Assembly (NCBI GenBank): GCA_965140415.1
Contig: OZ223209.1
Coordinates: forward strand, 4,352,001-4,416,000
Direction: 5' to 3'
Origin: Myxococcota bacterium
Lineage (GTDB): Bacteria; Myxococcota_A; SURF-8
Length of the DNA: 64,000 nt
The position numbers and the translations under genes are program-made. Positions within the stretch are counted from its first letter, which is position 1. Each line of letters begins with the position of its first letter. The notes beneath the pieces are model-generated. The model was not told the origin of the DNA and did not search any database. It worked only from the letters and a program-made list of their open reading frames with translations. This document shows positions 49,862-60,288 of this stretch, piece by piece.

Positions 49862-49897
49862 AAAAAAGCGACGGGCGTCATCGAGACGCCCGTCGCT
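49862..49897 (-). terminator. Rho-independent terminator
   Basis: AGCGACGGGCGTC-loop-GACGCCCGTCGCT with a T run on the minus strand, after the flavodoxin gene. Confidence 0.88.
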
Positions 49898-49919
49898 CAC
49901 AAGTCAAATGATAGCGGTT

Positions 49920-50399
49920 TTACCCGGCCAGCTTTTTCGTCAGGGTCGCCGTCTGTTCGCCGTAACGTTGACATTCGCGCAGGCCGGCGTCGTCGGGAGC
50001 GTGAACGGCCACCGGGCCGTAATGACTGCCTGCTTGCAAGCCTTGAACCACCATGCCATGTACCAATAGGCCGCTTAAAATGCCCATGATCGTCGTTTCG
50101 TTGCCGCCCGCCGGACCGCCGGAAGACGTGAATGCGCCGCCCACTTTGCCGTTTAAGCGCCCGAAAACTTTGATGCTTCGATCGATCAGATCTTTGACTT
50201 CGGCGGCCATTTGACCGAAGTAGGTGGGGCTGCCTAAAATAATGCCGTCAGCCTGTTGCAGATCCTCGATGCTGGTATCGGCGATGGTTTTCAGTTCGAC
50301 TTCAACACCGTCTACGCTTTTTGCGCCTTCGGCAATGGCGCGAGCCATTTTTTCCGTATTGCCGGATTTGGTGAAATAACTGATCAGAATGCGTGTCAT
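49920..50399 (-). CDS. Flavodoxin-like NAD(P)H:quinone oxidoreductase (WrbA family)
   Basis: TKSGNTEKMA, GSPTYFG, GKVGGAFTSSG..GGNETT; RBS GGAGG. Confidence 0.9.
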   Translation of the reverse strand: MTRILISYFTKSGNTEKMARAIAEGAKSVDGVEVELKTIADTSIEDLQQADGIILGSPTYFGQMAAEVKDLIDRSIKVFGRLNGKVGGAFTSSGGPAGGNETTIMGILSGLLVHGMVVQGLQAGSHYGPVAVHAPDDAGLRECQRYGEQTATLTKKLAG

Positions 50400-50543
50400 A
50401 GTTCCTCCAAACAATAATGATGTGCGGTGATAAAACGCGCCACGGACTAGCTAATTGATCAACGGCAGACTACGACAAAGCCGGGCGAGTGTCCAGGGCG
50501 TTTGGTGGCTTAATTCAAAACTTCATGAAACCGGCTTGTGCGA

Positions 50544-50933
50544 CTAGCGGCTCAATGCGTCCTTCGCGAGCTTGATGTCGTCGGCCTGGATTACGCAGGT
50601 GGCGGATTTGCTCTGGTCGTCGCCGACAATGTAAACACCCTCGATATTGACGTGCGCTCGTTGCAATTTTGCAAGAATACGCAGCAGGCTGCCTGGAGCG
50701 TCTTTTACGGTGACGATCAACACGTCCTGCTTGGAATAGGAGGTGTTTTCCTGTTTCAGGATATTCTGAAAGCTTCCGGGATCTTGCGGTACCAGGCGCA
50801 TAATGGCGCCGTCTTTCGAGGCGAAAGTGGCAGCGGCAGTCAGGTTCAGGCGCTTGACTTTGTGCAACAGCTTTTTCAGTTCGCCGGGTTTATTGGTAAG
50901 AAAGATACTGAACTGCTTGGCTAGCTTGACCAT
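50544..50933 (-). CDS. Tandem ACT-domain protein
   Basis: QFSIFLTNKPGEL ... DAPGSLLRILAKL...VNIEGVY. Confidence 0.88.
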   Translation of the reverse strand: MVKLAKQFSIFLTNKPGELKKLLHKVKRLNLTAAATFASKDGAIMRLVPQDPGSFQNILKQENTSYSKQDVLIVTVKDAPGSLLRILAKLQRAHVNIEGVYIVGDDQSKSATCVIQADDIKLAKDALSR

Positions 50934-51113
50934 GGGCAAGAATCCTTTTTCCTACAGGTAATTGAAGCTATCAGTATAGCCGAAAACCTCTGTTGGGTCG
51001 AAATGTTTTCCGTTTCGGCATGTTTAGAAATCACCGATGGGAATAATGCGCCGGGCTTCTTCGTCCATCAGCAAGGGGAGTGAAAGAACAATTTGGAAAC
51101 AGGAGAATTTACA

Positions 51114-51401
51114 ATGAAGGTTTCATATAAAATCGATGGACGTGAGCATAGCAGCAAAGATTATTCCGAGCAGCAGTTGCGTAATACCGATTTGATGGAT
51201 GCGCTGCTCGATGTCTCTTCCAGCAATCTGCAAGAGGCGAAAGTCTATGTATCCATCGAGAATGGCGAGGAAAAACTGGTGGGTACCTCCAACGGGCAGA
51301 GCCTGTTCGATGTGTTAAACGAAGTCGGTAATGGCGATTTGAAACGGAATTTCGTCGTTGAAATGGTGCCGGACAAGCGCACCTGTGGTCCGAAATTCTA
51401 G
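51114..51401 (+). CDS. Hypothetical protein
   Basis: 95-aa ORF with AGGAG RBS before ATG 51114. Confidence 0.65.
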   Translation: MKVSYKIDGREHSSKDYSEQQLRNTDLMDALLDVSSSNLQEAKVYVSIENGEEKLVGTSNGQSLFDVLNEVGNGDLKRNFVVEMVPDKRTCGPKF

Positions 51402-51581
51402 AGGAGATATTACTCATTCCTGTCCATCGAGTAATCTGGATGTGCCATGGTCTCACGGAATGGAAATTCCGGGAGGCCGTGTGTAACCGTATAGAAACAC
51501 ACAGCCTTCCACGATCTTCGACCGCGTAACACTATGGCACTTTTTCGCCGATTATGCGGCCCATAACGACCATTACCTAGT

Positions 51582-51654
51582 ACAGGTCGGCCATATTTCA
51601 TGCCCGACACAAAGGGAAATCAATATTGTCGGTCAGAAAATATGCCCGACCTAC
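51582..51654. repeat. Inverted pair of GTAG-type REP-like palindromes (REPIN/BIME-like)
   Basis: AGGTCGGCCATATTTCATGCCCGAC ... GTCGGTCAGAAAATATGCCCGACCTAC between convergent genes. Confidence 0.72.
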
Positions 51655-51665
51655 TCTGAAATCTC

Positions 51666-52289
51666 TCAAAACTTCAATGCCGGGCCAAACAATGCGCCGA
51701 AGTCCGTGTAGAGTTGACGAATCCAGCGTTGATGCAGCAGCACGTGCGCGGTAAGTCCCACTGTTGAATTGAAATAATGAACGTAGCCCAGCCGCAGCAA
51801 CCAGCCAGCCCCGATGCGAGATTCCTGGTAGCCGTCTTTTGCCAAATAGCTCCACGCCACGCCACCGCCCGCGCCAAGATACAAACCTTTTACCAGCCGA
51901 TAACGAACTTCAATCCCAGCCGTATGAAAACTGGAGGTCGCATCTTCCCAGGGATGAAACTTGTTTCCGTAGTTCAGCCAAAGCGACCAGTCTTCCCCAA
52001 GTCCCAATCCGGCTCCGGCGCTGAAGAGCATTTCGGCGCTTTGAGAATGATTGGAAAACAAGCCGCCCGCACCGAGTTGCGCTTCCAATAAAACGGTAAC
52101 GAATCGCGGCTGCGTTTCGGCAGAAGCATCCGAAAGGACTTGTTGCTCCTTTTGCTCGCCCGACTCCGGTCTCCCCGATTGCGCATGCAGATCCATCGGC
52201 CAGATCAACAAACAGAGCGCCACTAGCAGGCACACGGCCCCAAAGCCGCCAAGATCTTTCAGTTGTTTGAAACAGGCTCTTTGATTCAT
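51666..52289 (-). CDS. Small outer-membrane beta-barrel protein
   Basis: Signal peptide, amphipathic strands (GLYLGAGGGVAW), terminal Phe (ALKF). Confidence 0.7.
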   Translation of the reverse strand: MNQRACFKQLKDLGGFGAVCLLVALCLLIWPMDLHAQSGRPESGEQKEQQVLSDASAETQPRFVTVLLEAQLGAGGLFSNHSQSAEMLFSAGAGLGLGEDWSLWLNYGNKFHPWEDATSSFHTAGIEVRYRLVKGLYLGAGGGVAWSYLAKDGYQESRIGAGWLLRLGYVHYFNSTVGLTAHVLLHQRWIRQLYTDFGALFGPALKF

Positions 52290-52392
52290 ACAGGCATTGT
52301 ATCCCGAATATTGCGCATTGGCAAAAAAAAGACCGCACAGCGTGAAGCCATGCGGTCCAAGGGAAGACGTGGCAAATCCAAAGGGGATGGAA

Positions 52393-55300
52393 TCAGGATT
52401 CCGCCACATCGGGGGTATTGACAGTTGCTTCCACTTCCGCCGATTCTTTTTTGCCAAGCAGCAGGCGAGCCAGGCGGCTGTGCTCCAGATCGTCGATCAG
52501 CGTGTAGACAACCGGAATCACGACCAGGGTCAACACGGTCGACGCGATCAGACCGCCGATCACCGCCACCGCCATGGGAGCGCGCATTTCCGAACCCAGT
52601 CCGTTACTTAACGCGACCGGCAACATACCGAAAACCATGGCGCCGGTGGTCATCAAAATCGGACGTAAACGAGTGGGTCCGGCCTTCAATAAGGCCTCTC
52701 TCCGGCTGAATCCATCGCGCCTGCGCAACGTATTGGTGTAGTCGATCAGCAGAATCGCATTTTTCGTCACCAATCCCATGAGCATGATAATTCCGATCAT
52801 GGAAATAATACCTAGCGCCTGCTTGGCCAGCAGCAATCCGGCGAGTGCACCGATCAACGACAACGGCAGCGACAGCATGATGGTAAACGGTTGCAGGAAA
52901 CTTTCGAACTGGCTGGCCAGCACCATATACACGATGATGATCGCTAAAAACAGCGCCACCGACATATGCTCGAAGTTTTCCTTCATGAACTTGGCTTCGC
53001 CTTCCCATTCACGCATCAGATGCTTGGGAACCACTTTTTCCGCCACGGCATTGATTTTCTGTACGGCATCGCCCAATGGCAAAGTCGTATCCAGGTTTGC
53101 CAGCACCGTGATTTCACGCTGGCGCGCACTGCGGTCGATCTGTGTCGGACCGGAGCCGACGTAGATATCGGCGGTATTGGCCAGTGACACGAGCTGGCCA
53201 TTGGAAGAGCGGATCTTCAACATGCCCAACTGTTCTTCCCGTTCACGATCGGTTTCCGCCAATTGCACCCGGATTTCGTAGTCCTCGCCAGAGTCTTTGT
53301 ATTTGGAGGCTTCGACTCCGGCCACAAACGCACGCAAGGTCTGGCCGACCTGGGCGGTCATCAAACCGAGATTCGCAGCCCGTTCGCGGTCGATATTGAC
53401 TTTAAGTTCCGGCTTGCTCGCTTCGAAGGTCGTATCCAGATCGACGACGCCGGGAATGAGCTTGATTTCATCCGCCAGTTCGCGTGTCACGCGGTCCAGT
53501 TCTTCCAGATCCCCACCACGAATGCTAAGCTGAATCGGCGCACTTCTAAACCCACCGGAAGAAGCAAAGGCATCGACATCTTCAACGGTGATGGTGGCTT
53601 CCTCGGAACTGGTCAATTCAGCGCGAAGAAGTTCGATAAACTTGCCCTGCGAAATATCGCGCTCACCCTTACCGCACAGCTTCACGTAGATCTGCGCAAC
53701 GTTCTTCTTTTTCTGAGCATCGGAACCGACTGTTGTGACCGTACTTACCACCACATCACGGTGAGCGCGAACTTTTTCCGCCAATTCGGAAGCCATCCGT
53801 TCGGTATGTTCGATGGTGGAACCCGTGGGCAATGTCAATACGACATTGATTTCACCCATATCCGCCCTCGTTTTCATTTCCGTACTGATGAACGTTCCCA
53901 TGTACAGAGAAAGGATAAAAATGGAGATGGCGGCAATTACCGTAGTCTTGCGATAGTTCAGCGCCAAACTGATGACCGAGCGATAACCGGAGTCGATCCA
54001 GTTAAGGAATCGTTCGATGGCATCGTATACCTTATTCTGGCCCCCCTTCTTCAAGAAGCGGGAACTGAGCATGGGCGTTAGCGTGAATGAGACGAACAGT
54101 GACAGCAACACGGCGACCGTAACCGTCAATCCGAACTGATACATAAATCGTCCGATGATACCACCCATAAAGGCCACCGGCACGAACACCGCGACAATGG
54201 ATAAGGTAGTTGCAAGAACCGCCAGCCCGATTTCGTCGGTCGCAAAAGCAGCCGCTTCACGCGCTGACATGCCCTCTTCCATGTGCCGGTAGATATTCTC
54301 CAGCACAACGATGGCGTCATCGATCAAAATACCGATGGAGATGGAAAGCGCCAGCATCGTCAAGGTGTTGAAGGTGAAATCCATCACGTAGATAAAGGTG
54401 AATGTTCCGATAACCGAGGTCGGAATGGCAAGCGCGCTGATAATCGTGCTGCGTCCGTTTCGCAGGAAGAAGAAGATGATCACCACGGCCAGAAACGCGC
54501 CGAAAATCATATCGAACTGCACGTGCTCGATGGACGTCTGAATAAAGGGCGTACTGTCCGCTGCGATGATTACCCGCCAGCCATCCGGGAAAGCGGGTTG
54601 CAATTCGGCCAGGCGCTCTTTCAGTTTTTCCGCGACAGCAACGGTATTCGTACCCGACTGCTTGAGCACTTTCAAAGTAACGGCGCGCGTTCCATCCAGT
54701 TTGGCGGCGGATTCACGCTCTTCCAGACCATCTTCCACCGTGGCGATATCCGCGATCCGAATACGCCTTCCCTGCTGCTCAACAACAGTCAGGTTGCGGA
54801 TTTCGTCCAGATTCTGAAACTCGCCATCTATTTTCAGTACGAATTCGGTGTCACCGGCAGTAACCCGTCCGCCAGGAATACTCAGATTGCTGGCAGCCAA
54901 TACCTGCACGATATCCGTAACCGCCAGGTTCCTCGCTTCCAGTTTACGGGGATCGACCCAGACTTTGATTTCGCGTTCCTGTCCACCGATGATGTCGATA
55001 CTACCGACACCTTGAATTTGCTGGATCTGCTCTTTGATTCGCTTACGGGCGAATTCCGTAACTTCGCTGATCGTTCCGGGTCCACTGACCGCAAGGGTCA
55101 TTACCGGGATGGCGTCCATGTCGAATTTTTCGACTTTGGGAGATTCGATTTCCGCAGGCAGATCCGGCAGAATACGTGAAATCTTATCCCGAACATCCTG
55201 AATGGCCTGTTCGGCATTGACTTCCATTTCGAACATGATGATTACCTGGGAAACGTTCTCCGCGCTGATGGAGCGCAGCGAACGAATACCGTTGATGGTG

Positions 55301-55515
55301 CTCACCGCTTCTTCGAGTTTTTCGCTGATCTCGGTTTCCACAGTCTCCGGGTCGGCGCCGGGATAGATCGTTAATATCGTGGCAACCGGGAATTCAATAT
55401 CCGGGTACAAATCCACGCCGATACGCGGATAACTCACCGCACCAAACACCACGATAGCCAGAATAACCATCGTGATGAAAACGGGGCGTTTGATCGATAC
55501 ATCAGAAAGGACCAT
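52393..55515 (-). CDS. RND efflux permease (AcrB/AcrD/AcrF family)
   Basis: SIKRPV, PDIEFP, GILIDDAIVVLENI, GLVTKNAILL, RLRPILMT. Confidence 0.96.
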   Translation of the reverse strand: MVLSDVSIKRPVFITMVILAIVVFGAVSYPRIGVDLYPDIEFPVATILTIYPGADPETVETEISEKLEEAVSTINGIRSLRSISAENVSQVIIMFEMEVNAEQAIQDVRDKISRILPDLPAEIESPKVEKFDMDAIPVMTLAVSGPGTISEVTEFARKRIKEQIQQIQGVGSIDIIGGQEREIKVWVDPRKLEARNLAVTDIVQVLAASNLSIPGGRVTAGDTEFVLKIDGEFQNLDEIRNLTVVEQQGRRIRIADIATVEDGLEERESAAKLDGTRAVTLKVLKQSGTNTVAVAEKLKERLAELQPAFPDGWRVIIAADSTPFIQTSIEHVQFDMIFGAFLAVVIIFFFLRNGRSTIISALAIPTSVIGTFTFIYVMDFTFNTLTMLALSISIGILIDDAIVVLENIYRHMEEGMSAREAAAFATDEIGLAVLATTLSIVAVFVPVAFMGGIIGRFMYQFGLTVTVAVLLSLFVSFTLTPMLSSRFLKKGGQNKVYDAIERFLNWIDSGYRSVISLALNYRKTTVIAAISIFILSLYMGTFISTEMKTRADMGEINVVLTLPTGSTIEHTERMASELAEKVRAHRDVVVSTVTTVGSDAQKKKNVAQIYVKLCGKGERDISQGKFIELLRAELTSSEEATITVEDVDAFASSGGFRSAPIQLSIRGGDLEELDRVTRELADEIKLIPGVVDLDTTFEASKPELKVNIDRERAANLGLMTAQVGQTLRAFVAGVEASKYKDSGEDYEIRVQLAETDREREEQLGMLKIRSSNGQLVSLANTADIYVGSGPTQIDRSARQREITVLANLDTTLPLGDAVQKINAVAEKVVPKHLMREWEGEAKFMKENFEHMSVALFLAIIIVYMVLASQFESFLQPFTIMLSLPLSLIGALAGLLLAKQALGIISMIGIIMLMGLVTKNAILLIDYTNTLRRRDGFSRREALLKAGPTRLRPILMTTGAMVFGMLPVALSNGLGSEMRAPMAVAVIGGLIASTVLTLVVIPVVYTLIDDLEHSRLARLLLGKKESAEVEATVNTPDVAES

Positions 55516-55526
55516 CTGTGCCCCCC

Positions 55527-56654
55527 TTAGATTTGCTGCTTAGGCTGGATGTCTTGACCATCCTTCAAATCGTCGACGCCGCTGACAATCAACTGATCGC
55601 CGCTGGACAATCCCTTGTTCACCAGCACGCGCTCTCCCTGGCTTTCCCCCAGAGTCACAAATACCACCTGAGCCTGTTCGCCTTTGGCGAGGTACACAAA
55701 GCTCTTGTCGTTGATGTCGCGCTTGACGGCGCGCACCGGCACGAGAATCGCCTGATCCACGCGATTGCGTTCCAGACGAATTCGGCAGAATGCACCAGCC
55801 TTGATGTCTCCAGTAGGATTGTCGATGCGCAGCCGCACTTCGAAATTCTGCGCGCCCTGCTGAATACGATTACTGGCGAAGATGATTTCGCCGGTGGTTT
55901 CCTTATCCGCGTAACCGATCGTGATCTTAGCCTTGTCGCCTTTTTTCACGTGGGCGGCAGCGTCTTCCGGCAGAAACGCCTGCACTTCCAAAGAGGAGGC
56001 ATCCACGATCTTGATCAAGGGCGTCAACGGCATGGAGGGCGCGTATTCGCCGATTTCTTTCAGGATCATGTCGATCACCCCATCATAGGGGGCTTTCAAT
56101 ACGGAGTCGGACAGCGCCTTCTGCGCCTGTTCCAAACCGCTTTCCGCCATCTGCAACTGAGCCACGGCACCATCGTACTGCGCTTTGACACGATCGTAAT
56201 TCGACTGCGAGGTCGCACTGGATTCAAGCAGTTGACTCATGCGGTCCAGTTCCAGCTTCATTAAATCGGCCTGCGTCCGGGCGGCCTCGCGGGCGGCTGT
56301 GGCTTGCTTGACGCCCAACGAATACCCTCGCTGATCGAAGCGCACAAGCACTTGCCCCTTCTTCACGACATCACCTTCTTTGACCCGGATTTCTTTAATT
56401 GTACCAGGCACTTCGCTGCTCAAAAAACTTTCCCGGAGAGGAAGAGCCGTACCGGTCACTTCGATTTCCGAGGTAAACGGCTCCGTTTTCAGTTCGATTA
56501 CACTGACCAGCTTACCTTTTTGATCCAATACCGCCGCCTGGGCCGGAGATTCGACTTTCGCCGGCTGGCAGCTCAACAACACAAAGGACAGCAGCATCAT
56601 TGCCAGTAATGCACTGTACCTCGTTTCCACTTGTGTTTGCCTTGGATGACTCAT
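55527..56654 (-). CDS. RND membrane fusion (periplasmic adaptor) lipoprotein
   Basis: Lipobox LLSC; G.I.EI.VKEGD.VKKGQ.L, coiled coil, KAPYDG, GL..GD. Confidence 0.95.
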   Translation of the reverse strand: MSHPRQTQVETRYSALLAMMLLSFVLLSCQPAKVESPAQAAVLDQKGKLVSVIELKTEPFTSEIEVTGTALPLRESFLSSEVPGTIKEIRVKEGDVVKKGQVLVRFDQRGYSLGVKQATAAREAARTQADLMKLELDRMSQLLESSATSQSNYDRVKAQYDGAVAQLQMAESGLEQAQKALSDSVLKAPYDGVIDMILKEIGEYAPSMPLTPLIKIVDASSLEVQAFLPEDAAAHVKKGDKAKITIGYADKETTGEIIFASNRIQQGAQNFEVRLRIDNPTGDIKAGAFCRIRLERNRVDQAILVPVRAVKRDINDKSFVYLAKGEQAQVVFVTLGESQGERVLVNKGLSSGDQLIVSGVDDLKDGQDIQPKQQI

Positions 56655-56691
56655 GCTCCAAACTCCTTGCTCTGGTTGGTTCTTTTCGAAA

Positions 56692-58113
56692 TCAATTTAA
56701 CAGATCGTTGCCCATGCTGAGCATGAGAGCGGTTTCAGCAATCTTGACGTTCATTTCCGCAACAATCAGGTCGTTTTCCGCTTTGATCGCCTGGGTCTGG
56801 GTACCCAGCAAATCGGTGGTCGTCGCTTCCTGCACTTCGTAGCGCACTTCCTCGATTCGCAGGCTTTCCTTGGCTTGTTTCAACTGCGCGCTGGCAACTT
56901 CCACTTCTTGCAGAGCTTCTTTGAGATCCAGGCGCTTCTGTTCCACCTGCAAGCGTACACCGTCGGTAGCCGCTTGCAGACCGTAGGTGGCGATGTCGTG
57001 CTGGGCGTAGGCGCTTTTCGCTTTGTAGAAATCGGCACCCCACTCCCAGATGTCCCAACTCAACACCAACCCGCCGAAATAGGCGTGTTTTTGCGACATG
57101 TCTCCCAAGCCGCCTGCATATTCATACTGGAAGACGGCATTCAGTTCCGGCAACATGGCCGCGATAGCCGCATGTTTGCCCGCTTTGGCCGCTTCTTTCT
57201 GATGTTGGATGGCTTTCAGCATGGGATGGGTTTGCACCGCCGTACTTTTCTGAGCCTGCAACGAATCGTTCAACAACTGCGTTCCGACCTGTTCTTCATA
57301 TACCGGAATCAGTGGAGAATCGAAGCTGCGGCCCATGTACATGTTCAGCGCAGCCTTAGCCAGTTGAATGCCCTTTTCCACCTGGAAAATATTCTTCTGG
57401 ATTTCGGCTTTCTGGACCTGAACTTTCAACAAAGCGTTACGCTCGACCAACTCGGCTTCCATGTAAGCTTCGACCTGCTTTTCGTAGGCTTCCACCTGCT
57501 TGTACGCACTTTTCACGGTTTCGAGCATGCGGGTAGCCGAAATCAAGCTGTAATAGGCTTTTGACACGGTGCCTTCGATATCCTGGCGTTTGGTGTCCCG
57601 ATTGTAGCGGGCGGCGTCCGTTAACTCGTCGTTGGCCCAATATCCGGAGTAAATCTGGTACAGTTGCGTAAGCGGCTGGGCGACGGTCACCTTGGCGCCA
57701 TAAGTAAGCTGCTCGCGCAGCACCATGCTGGTATCCGCCGTCAACAAGGGCTGCAACTGCGCCTGAGTATCTGCCGACAGAAACGGTCCCATTTCTTCGA
57801 ACACCGCGCCCAGTGGTCCCATGAAGTCTCCAAGCATGTCGCTTGTAAACTCATCACCCCAGTACAGGAGATTCGCTTCCGCGCGCACCATCGGCAAGAA
57901 ACGTCCGCGAATGCTGTTCCGCTCGCCAAGCTGTTTCTCGACTTCGGCGTTTGCTGCCTTCAACTGGCTGTAATTACTAACGACTTCATTCAGGCATTGC
58001 TCCAGGGTCATTCGTTCGGCCCATGCCTGATTCGCGGGAAAAACAACCGTTAGCAGCAATACAACAATCAGCCACATCGGAATTTTGATCCACACTTTCC
58101 GCTTCATGTTCAA
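56692..58113 (-). CDS. TolC family outer-membrane efflux protein
   Basis: Signal peptide; two OEP repeats (FLP.V, QPL, HP.LKA, LSWDIWEWG). Confidence 0.92.
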   Translation of the reverse strand: MNMKRKVWIKIPMWLIVVLLLTVVFPANQAWAERMTLEQCLNEVVSNYSQLKAANAEVEKQLGERNSIRGRFLPMVRAEANLLYWGDEFTSDMLGDFMGPLGAVFEEMGPFLSADTQAQLQPLLTADTSMVLREQLTYGAKVTVAQPLTQLYQIYSGYWANDELTDAARYNRDTKRQDIEGTVSKAYYSLISATRMLETVKSAYKQVEAYEKQVEAYMEAELVERNALLKVQVQKAEIQKNIFQVEKGIQLAKAALNMYMGRSFDSPLIPVYEEQVGTQLLNDSLQAQKSTAVQTHPMLKAIQHQKEAAKAGKHAAIAAMLPELNAVFQYEYAGGLGDMSQKHAYFGGLVLSWDIWEWGADFYKAKSAYAQHDIATYGLQAATDGVRLQVEQKRLDLKEALQEVEVASAQLKQAKESLRIEEVRYEVQEATTTDLLGTQTQAIKAENDLIVAEMNVKIAETALMLSMGNDLLN

Positions 58114-58697
58114 TTCCTCTTTGTTAATCCTTCAAAGATTAGATCCAGATACTCTTTTACTTTTTGTCTTCCCTGCTCGAATGTCATGTTTCCCATGAAA
58201 ATCTGGTTCAACGCTTCATCCATGGAAATATTCAACAATTCCGCCGCTACCGTAGGTCTCCGGCAGGCGATTTCATTACGCTGTACACCTTCTAGAATCA
58301 CTTCAGTAAAGACGTCCACCGCCTGTTTATGATGAAACTTCAGGCCTATCTCGATTTCACTTTTCATTTCCAGCCAGATCTCGGGAGAAATCGCTTTGCC
58401 ATCCAGGATACGGATCGTGCTATCCAGAATGCTGTCGAACATCTTTTCGAACGTGTCACGCACCGTCTCGCCAAGCTGCCGCGCCTTGTCCATTCGAATG
58501 AAATGGCTTTCGGCGATCCGATTGATACAAGCTAAAAACAGCTCCCGCTTGCCGGGAAAATATTTGTAAATAGCTGATTTTACTAAACCTAAGTCACCTG
58601 CAATATCCTCTAACCGGCACCTGCGAAATCCATTGTGGAAAAAGTACCGTTCCGCAGCATCCAATATCTGTTCTCGTCTCATGTTTTCCGTGCTCAT
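58110..58697 (-). CDS. TetR/AcrR family transcriptional regulator
   Basis: REQILDAA...F...GF....LEDIA..LG..KSAIYKYFPGKREL HTH. Confidence 0.93.
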   Translation of the reverse strand: MSTENMRREQILDAAERYFFHNGFRRCRLEDIAGDLGLVKSAIYKYFPGKRELFLACINRIAESHFIRMDKARQLGETVRDTFEKMFDSILDSTIRILDGKAISPEIWLEMKSEIEIGLKFHHKQAVDVFTEVILEGVQRNEIACRRPTVAAELLNISMDEALNQIFMGNMTFEQGRQKVKEYLDLIFEGLTKRN

Positions 58698-58715
58698 CTT
58701 ACCACCTGGTGACCA

Positions 58716-58742
58716 AGTGAACAATTCGTTCATTTGTTCACT
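58716..58742. promoter_or_regulatory. Putative TetR autoregulatory operator
   Basis: AGTGAACAA-9bp-TTGTTCACT just upstream of tetR; minus-strand TTGACA at 58756-58761. Confidence 0.6.
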
Positions 58743-58893
58743 ATTGCAATAAAAATGTCAAGCGTTTTTTTGTTGAGTAATATTTTCATGAGAGTAAGCC
58801 GGAAGAATAAGCGCACACACCAGCTTATGCCCCAATCGACAAGAGATTGCAGGTCGGGTCAGATGACCCTTTGGATGGTTCAAGGCTCCCGTC

Positions 58894-60215
58894 CACATCT
58901 GTCCGGTTAACTTTAACGCAAACCACAGTAACTATCCAGTATCTTTAACAAAAACACCTCTTTCAATGTGCTTGCGATAGATTTTCGTTCTCGTGCAAAA
59001 TGGACTTGTTTTCCATGACCCATTTGCAGGAGGAGCATATGCCTCAAACTGTCTTTTCGCAAGTACTTGATTACTTGCCCAATTGGCATTTCAGACGTTG
59101 TGTCCACCGCTATCAGGGGAACAAGCGCATTCGTACCTTTTCCTGCATGGATCAATTCATCTGCATGGCATTCGCGCAGTTGTCTTACAGGGAAAGTCTG
59201 CGCGACATCGAAGCGACCTTGCGTGCGTTGGGATCAAAACTCTACCGAATGGGGGTTCGAGGAAAAGTATCTCGAAGTACACTGGCCGACGCCAACGAGC
59301 ACCGCGACTGGCGTATATACGAAGATCTCGCGCAACCTCTGATACGGCGCGCTCGCACACTGTATGCGGACGAAAAGCTCGGCGTCGATCTGGATGCCAC
59401 CGCTTACGCTCTGGACACCACGGCCATCGATTTGAGTTTGTCTCTTTTTCCCTGGGCCAAATTTACACGTCACTATGGATCGCTCCGACTGCATACGCAG
59501 ATGGATCTGCGCGGACGAATTCCTACCTTTATTTCCATTACAGACGGTAAAAGCCAGGACAAGCGTCTGCTGGATATTCTGCCCCTGGAAGCGGGTGCTT
59601 TTTACATCATGGATCGCGGATATCTGGATTACAAGCGGATGTATAAAATCAATCAAGCAGGAGCTTTCTTTATTCTTAGAGCACGAAAGGATACGCACAC
59701 AAAAAAGATTTATTCTCGTCCTGTTGATAAAAGCACAGGTTTGAGAACAGACCAAACCGTTTCTCTTGTTGATCGCGCTTCCCTCAAGCGTTACCCCGAC
59801 CAGTTGCGGCGTATCAATTACACCGATCCGGAATCGAAAAGCCGATTTGTCTGGCTGACCAACGCTTTCGATCTGCCATCGGAAACGATTCCGGACTTGT
59901 ATCGGCTTCGTTGGAGCATCGAAGTGTTTTTCAAATGGATCAAGCAGAATCTACGCATCAAGGCGTTCTACGGGACCAGTGCCAACGCGGTGAAAACGCA
60001 GGTATGGATTTCGATAACAGTTTACCTTTTAGTGGCGATTTTGAAAAAGGATCTGAATCTCGAGCACAGTTTGATGACGATTCTACAGATTTTGAGCGTC
60101 ACACTTTTCGAGGAAAGCCCCATTTTACAGGTACTGAAGGCAAATGGTGATTCAGCGAAATCCCCCCCTTTCGGTAAACAGTTGGAATTATTCAATAGTT
60201 AACCGGACAGATGTG
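58894..60215 (+). mobile_element. IS4-family insertion sequence, copy A
   Basis: Perfect 19-bp TIR CACATCTGTCCGGTTAACT / AGTTAACCGGACAGATGTG enclosing a transposase. Confidence 0.92.
59039..60202 (+). CDS. IS4-family DDE transposase (DUF4372 N-terminus)
   Basis: SLRDIE, SRSTLADAN, ALDTT, MDRGY, YRLRWSIEVFFK (YREK); RBS AGGAGG. Confidence 0.95.
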   Translation: MPQTVFSQVLDYLPNWHFRRCVHRYQGNKRIRTFSCMDQFICMAFAQLSYRESLRDIEATLRALGSKLYRMGVRGKVSRSTLADANEHRDWRIYEDLAQPLIRRARTLYADEKLGVDLDATAYALDTTAIDLSLSLFPWAKFTRHYGSLRLHTQMDLRGRIPTFISITDGKSQDKRLLDILPLEAGAFYIMDRGYLDYKRMYKINQAGAFFILRARKDTHTKKIYSRPVDKSTGLRTDQTVSLVDRASLKRYPDQLRRINYTDPESKSRFVWLTNAFDLPSETIPDLYRLRWSIEVFFKWIKQNLRIKAFYGTSANAVKTQVWISITVYLLVAILKKDLNLEHSLMTILQILSVTLFEESPILQVLKANGDSAKSPPFGKQLELFNS

Positions 60216-60288
60216 GATATAATCCTGATCCATCGCAAGAGATACTGTCCCGACCATGAAGACAAACGCAAGGAGCAGGACGGGAGCC

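Noticed and set aside
52393-58742. TetR-TolC-MFP-RND operon as a novel system
   Set aside because: Ordinary, well-known efflux architecture.
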